Source: Cytophagales bacterium | GTDB lineage: Bacteria; Bacteroidota; Bacteroidia; Cytophagales; JAPOQI01 | Length of the DNA: 37,013 bases | Direction: 5' to 3' | NCBI GenBank assembly: GCA_026710765.1 | Contig: JAPOQI010000035.1 | Location: 1 to 37,013 of the forward strand | Part shown: one piece after another, positions 36,107-37,013 of the stretch | Layout of the letters: each line of letters starts with the position of its first letter | Numbering within the stretch: position 1 is the stretch's first letter | Position numbers and translations under genes: made by a program | The notes under the pieces: model-generated | The model's database searches: none | What the model was told of the DNA's origin: nothing | What the model saw: only the letters and a program-made list of their open reading frames with translations

Positions 36107-36376
36107 CTACTTAGATTTCTTGGATGTATGTCCCTTAAAGACGCGGGTAGGAGAAAATTCACCCAATTTATGTCCAACCATATTTTCGGTCACAAATACG
36201 GGAATAAATTTTCTGCCATTATGTACTCCAAAAGTATGTCCTACGAAGTCGGGTGAGATCATAGACCTCCTGGCCCATGTTCTAATGAGGGTTTTCCGAC
36301 CTGATTGTTCCAGGTCCTGTACCTTTTTGAGTAATTTTTGATCCACATAGGGACCTTTTTTGAGGGACCTAGGCAT
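36107..36376 (-). CDS. rpsS: 30S ribosomal protein S19
   Basis: [19 protein letters not shown]... [38 protein letters not shown]. Confidence 0.96.
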   Translation of the reverse strand: MPRSLKKGPYVDQKLLKKVQDLEQSGRKTLIRTWARRSMISPDFVGHTFGVHNGRKFIPVFVTENMVGHKLGEFSPTRVFKGHTSKKSK

Positions 36377-36415
36377 AAAAGACTTCTTTGAATATCACGA
36401 ATTGATTGGGTTTTT

Positions 36416-37013
36416 TCATTTTTTTCTTCGGACCAAGATAAGTCTATCGGAGGACTTCTTCCTTCTTGTTTTCTGACCTTTGGCATAAAGTCCTGTACGG
36501 GATCTGGGATGTCCGCCGGATGCCTTTCCTTCACCCCCTCCCATGGGATGATCAACTGGGTTCATGGCCACACCCCGAACACGAGGTCTGCGTCCGCGCC
36601 AACGAGAACAACCCGCTTTTCCCATAATCGTATTTCCATGATCGGGATTGGATACGGAACCTACGGTTGCCATGCAAGCTGAAAGAACATTTCGTGTCTC
36701 TCCTGAGGGAAGCTTTAGGGTGGCATATTTTCCTTCCCGCGCCATCAGCTGAACATAGGAGCCCGCACTCCTAGCGATCACACCCCCCCGACCCGGTTCC
36801 ATTTCCACATTATGCAGAACGGTTCCCAGAGGGATTTCTTGCAGACTCAGTGCATTTCCCAGATCGGGGCTCGCCCCGGAACCCGATAAAAGTTCTTGTC
36901 CCACCTTGATACCTTGGGGTGCCAAAATATAGGTCTTCTTACCGTCTGCATACACCAACAGGGCGATATAAGCTGATCTGTTCGGATCATATTCTATGGA
37001 CCTGACTACCGAA
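36416..37013 (-). CDS. rplB: 50S ribosomal protein L2 (N-terminal part lies outside the window)
   Basis: The frame stays open to the window edge, reading [28 protein letters not shown]. The codon listed as M at 36958 is an internal TTG (Leu). The C-terminal [21 protein letters not shown] motif is present. Confidence 0.95.
   Translation of the reverse strand, partial: SVVRSIEYDPNRSAYIALLVYADGKKTYILAPQGIKVGQELLSGSGASPDLGNALSLQEIPLGTVLHNVEMEPGRGGVIARSAGSYVQLMAREGKYATLKLPSGETRNVLSACMATVGSVSNPDHGNTIMGKAGCSRWRGRRPRVRGVAMNPVDHPMGGGEGKASGGHPRSRTGLYAKGQKTRRKKSSDRLILVRRKK

Noticed and set aside
1-37013. CRISPR arrays, insertion sequences, integrases, prophage or defence islands
   Set aside because: I saw no regularly spaced identical direct repeats and no transposase, integrase or recombinase-like ORF. 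I saw no terminal inverted repeats flanking a block of genes and no abrupt composition shift. The tRNA gene has no adjacent integrase or duplicated 3' tRNA fragment.

Overview
The window looks like a Bacteroidota-type chromosome. The evidence is two proteins with type IX secretion (T9SS) C-terminal sorting tails, TAnnTTTG-like promoter boxes, a one-cysteine L36 and a LuxE-like acyltransferase. It is very gene dense, with many short CDS overlaps.

Left third: the 3' part of an MsbA-like ABC exporter, a ComEA-like helix-hairpin-helix protein, then a single 9.1-kb gene. That gene encodes a giant cadherin-repeat surface protein ending in a T9SS sorting domain.

Middle: a lipoprotein plus beta-barrel pair on the minus strand, followed by a co-directional plus-strand run. 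The run is gcvT, lpxD, a fused E1 alpha/beta 2-oxoacid dehydrogenase, a LuxE-like acyltransferase, recO, a DUF4399-like lipoprotein and an IPT/TIG protein. After that, on the minus strand, come tRNA-Met(CAT), an outer-membrane barrel and a PorZ-like propeller protein with a T9SS tail. A CPA1 Na+/H+ antiporter on the plus strand follows, then a strong bidirectional hairpin.

Right third (24.8-37.0 kb, minus strand): the conserved ribosomal cluster from rplB to rplQ, including secY, infA and rpoA. It also holds a 38-aa rpmJ that the ORF track misses.

I saw no CRISPR array, transposase, integrase, toxin-antitoxin pair or recognisable defence gene, and I cannot point to a clear-cut novel system. 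The leads most worth following are:
- the giant T9SS adhesin, with its eight-fold two-module super-repeat and its unique ~380-aa insert
- the overlapping outer-membrane barrel and PorZ-like pair
- the lpxD / E1 alpha-beta / LuxE-like cluster
- the lipoprotein plus barrel pair of unknown function

All family assignments come from motif recognition by eye and need HMM confirmation.
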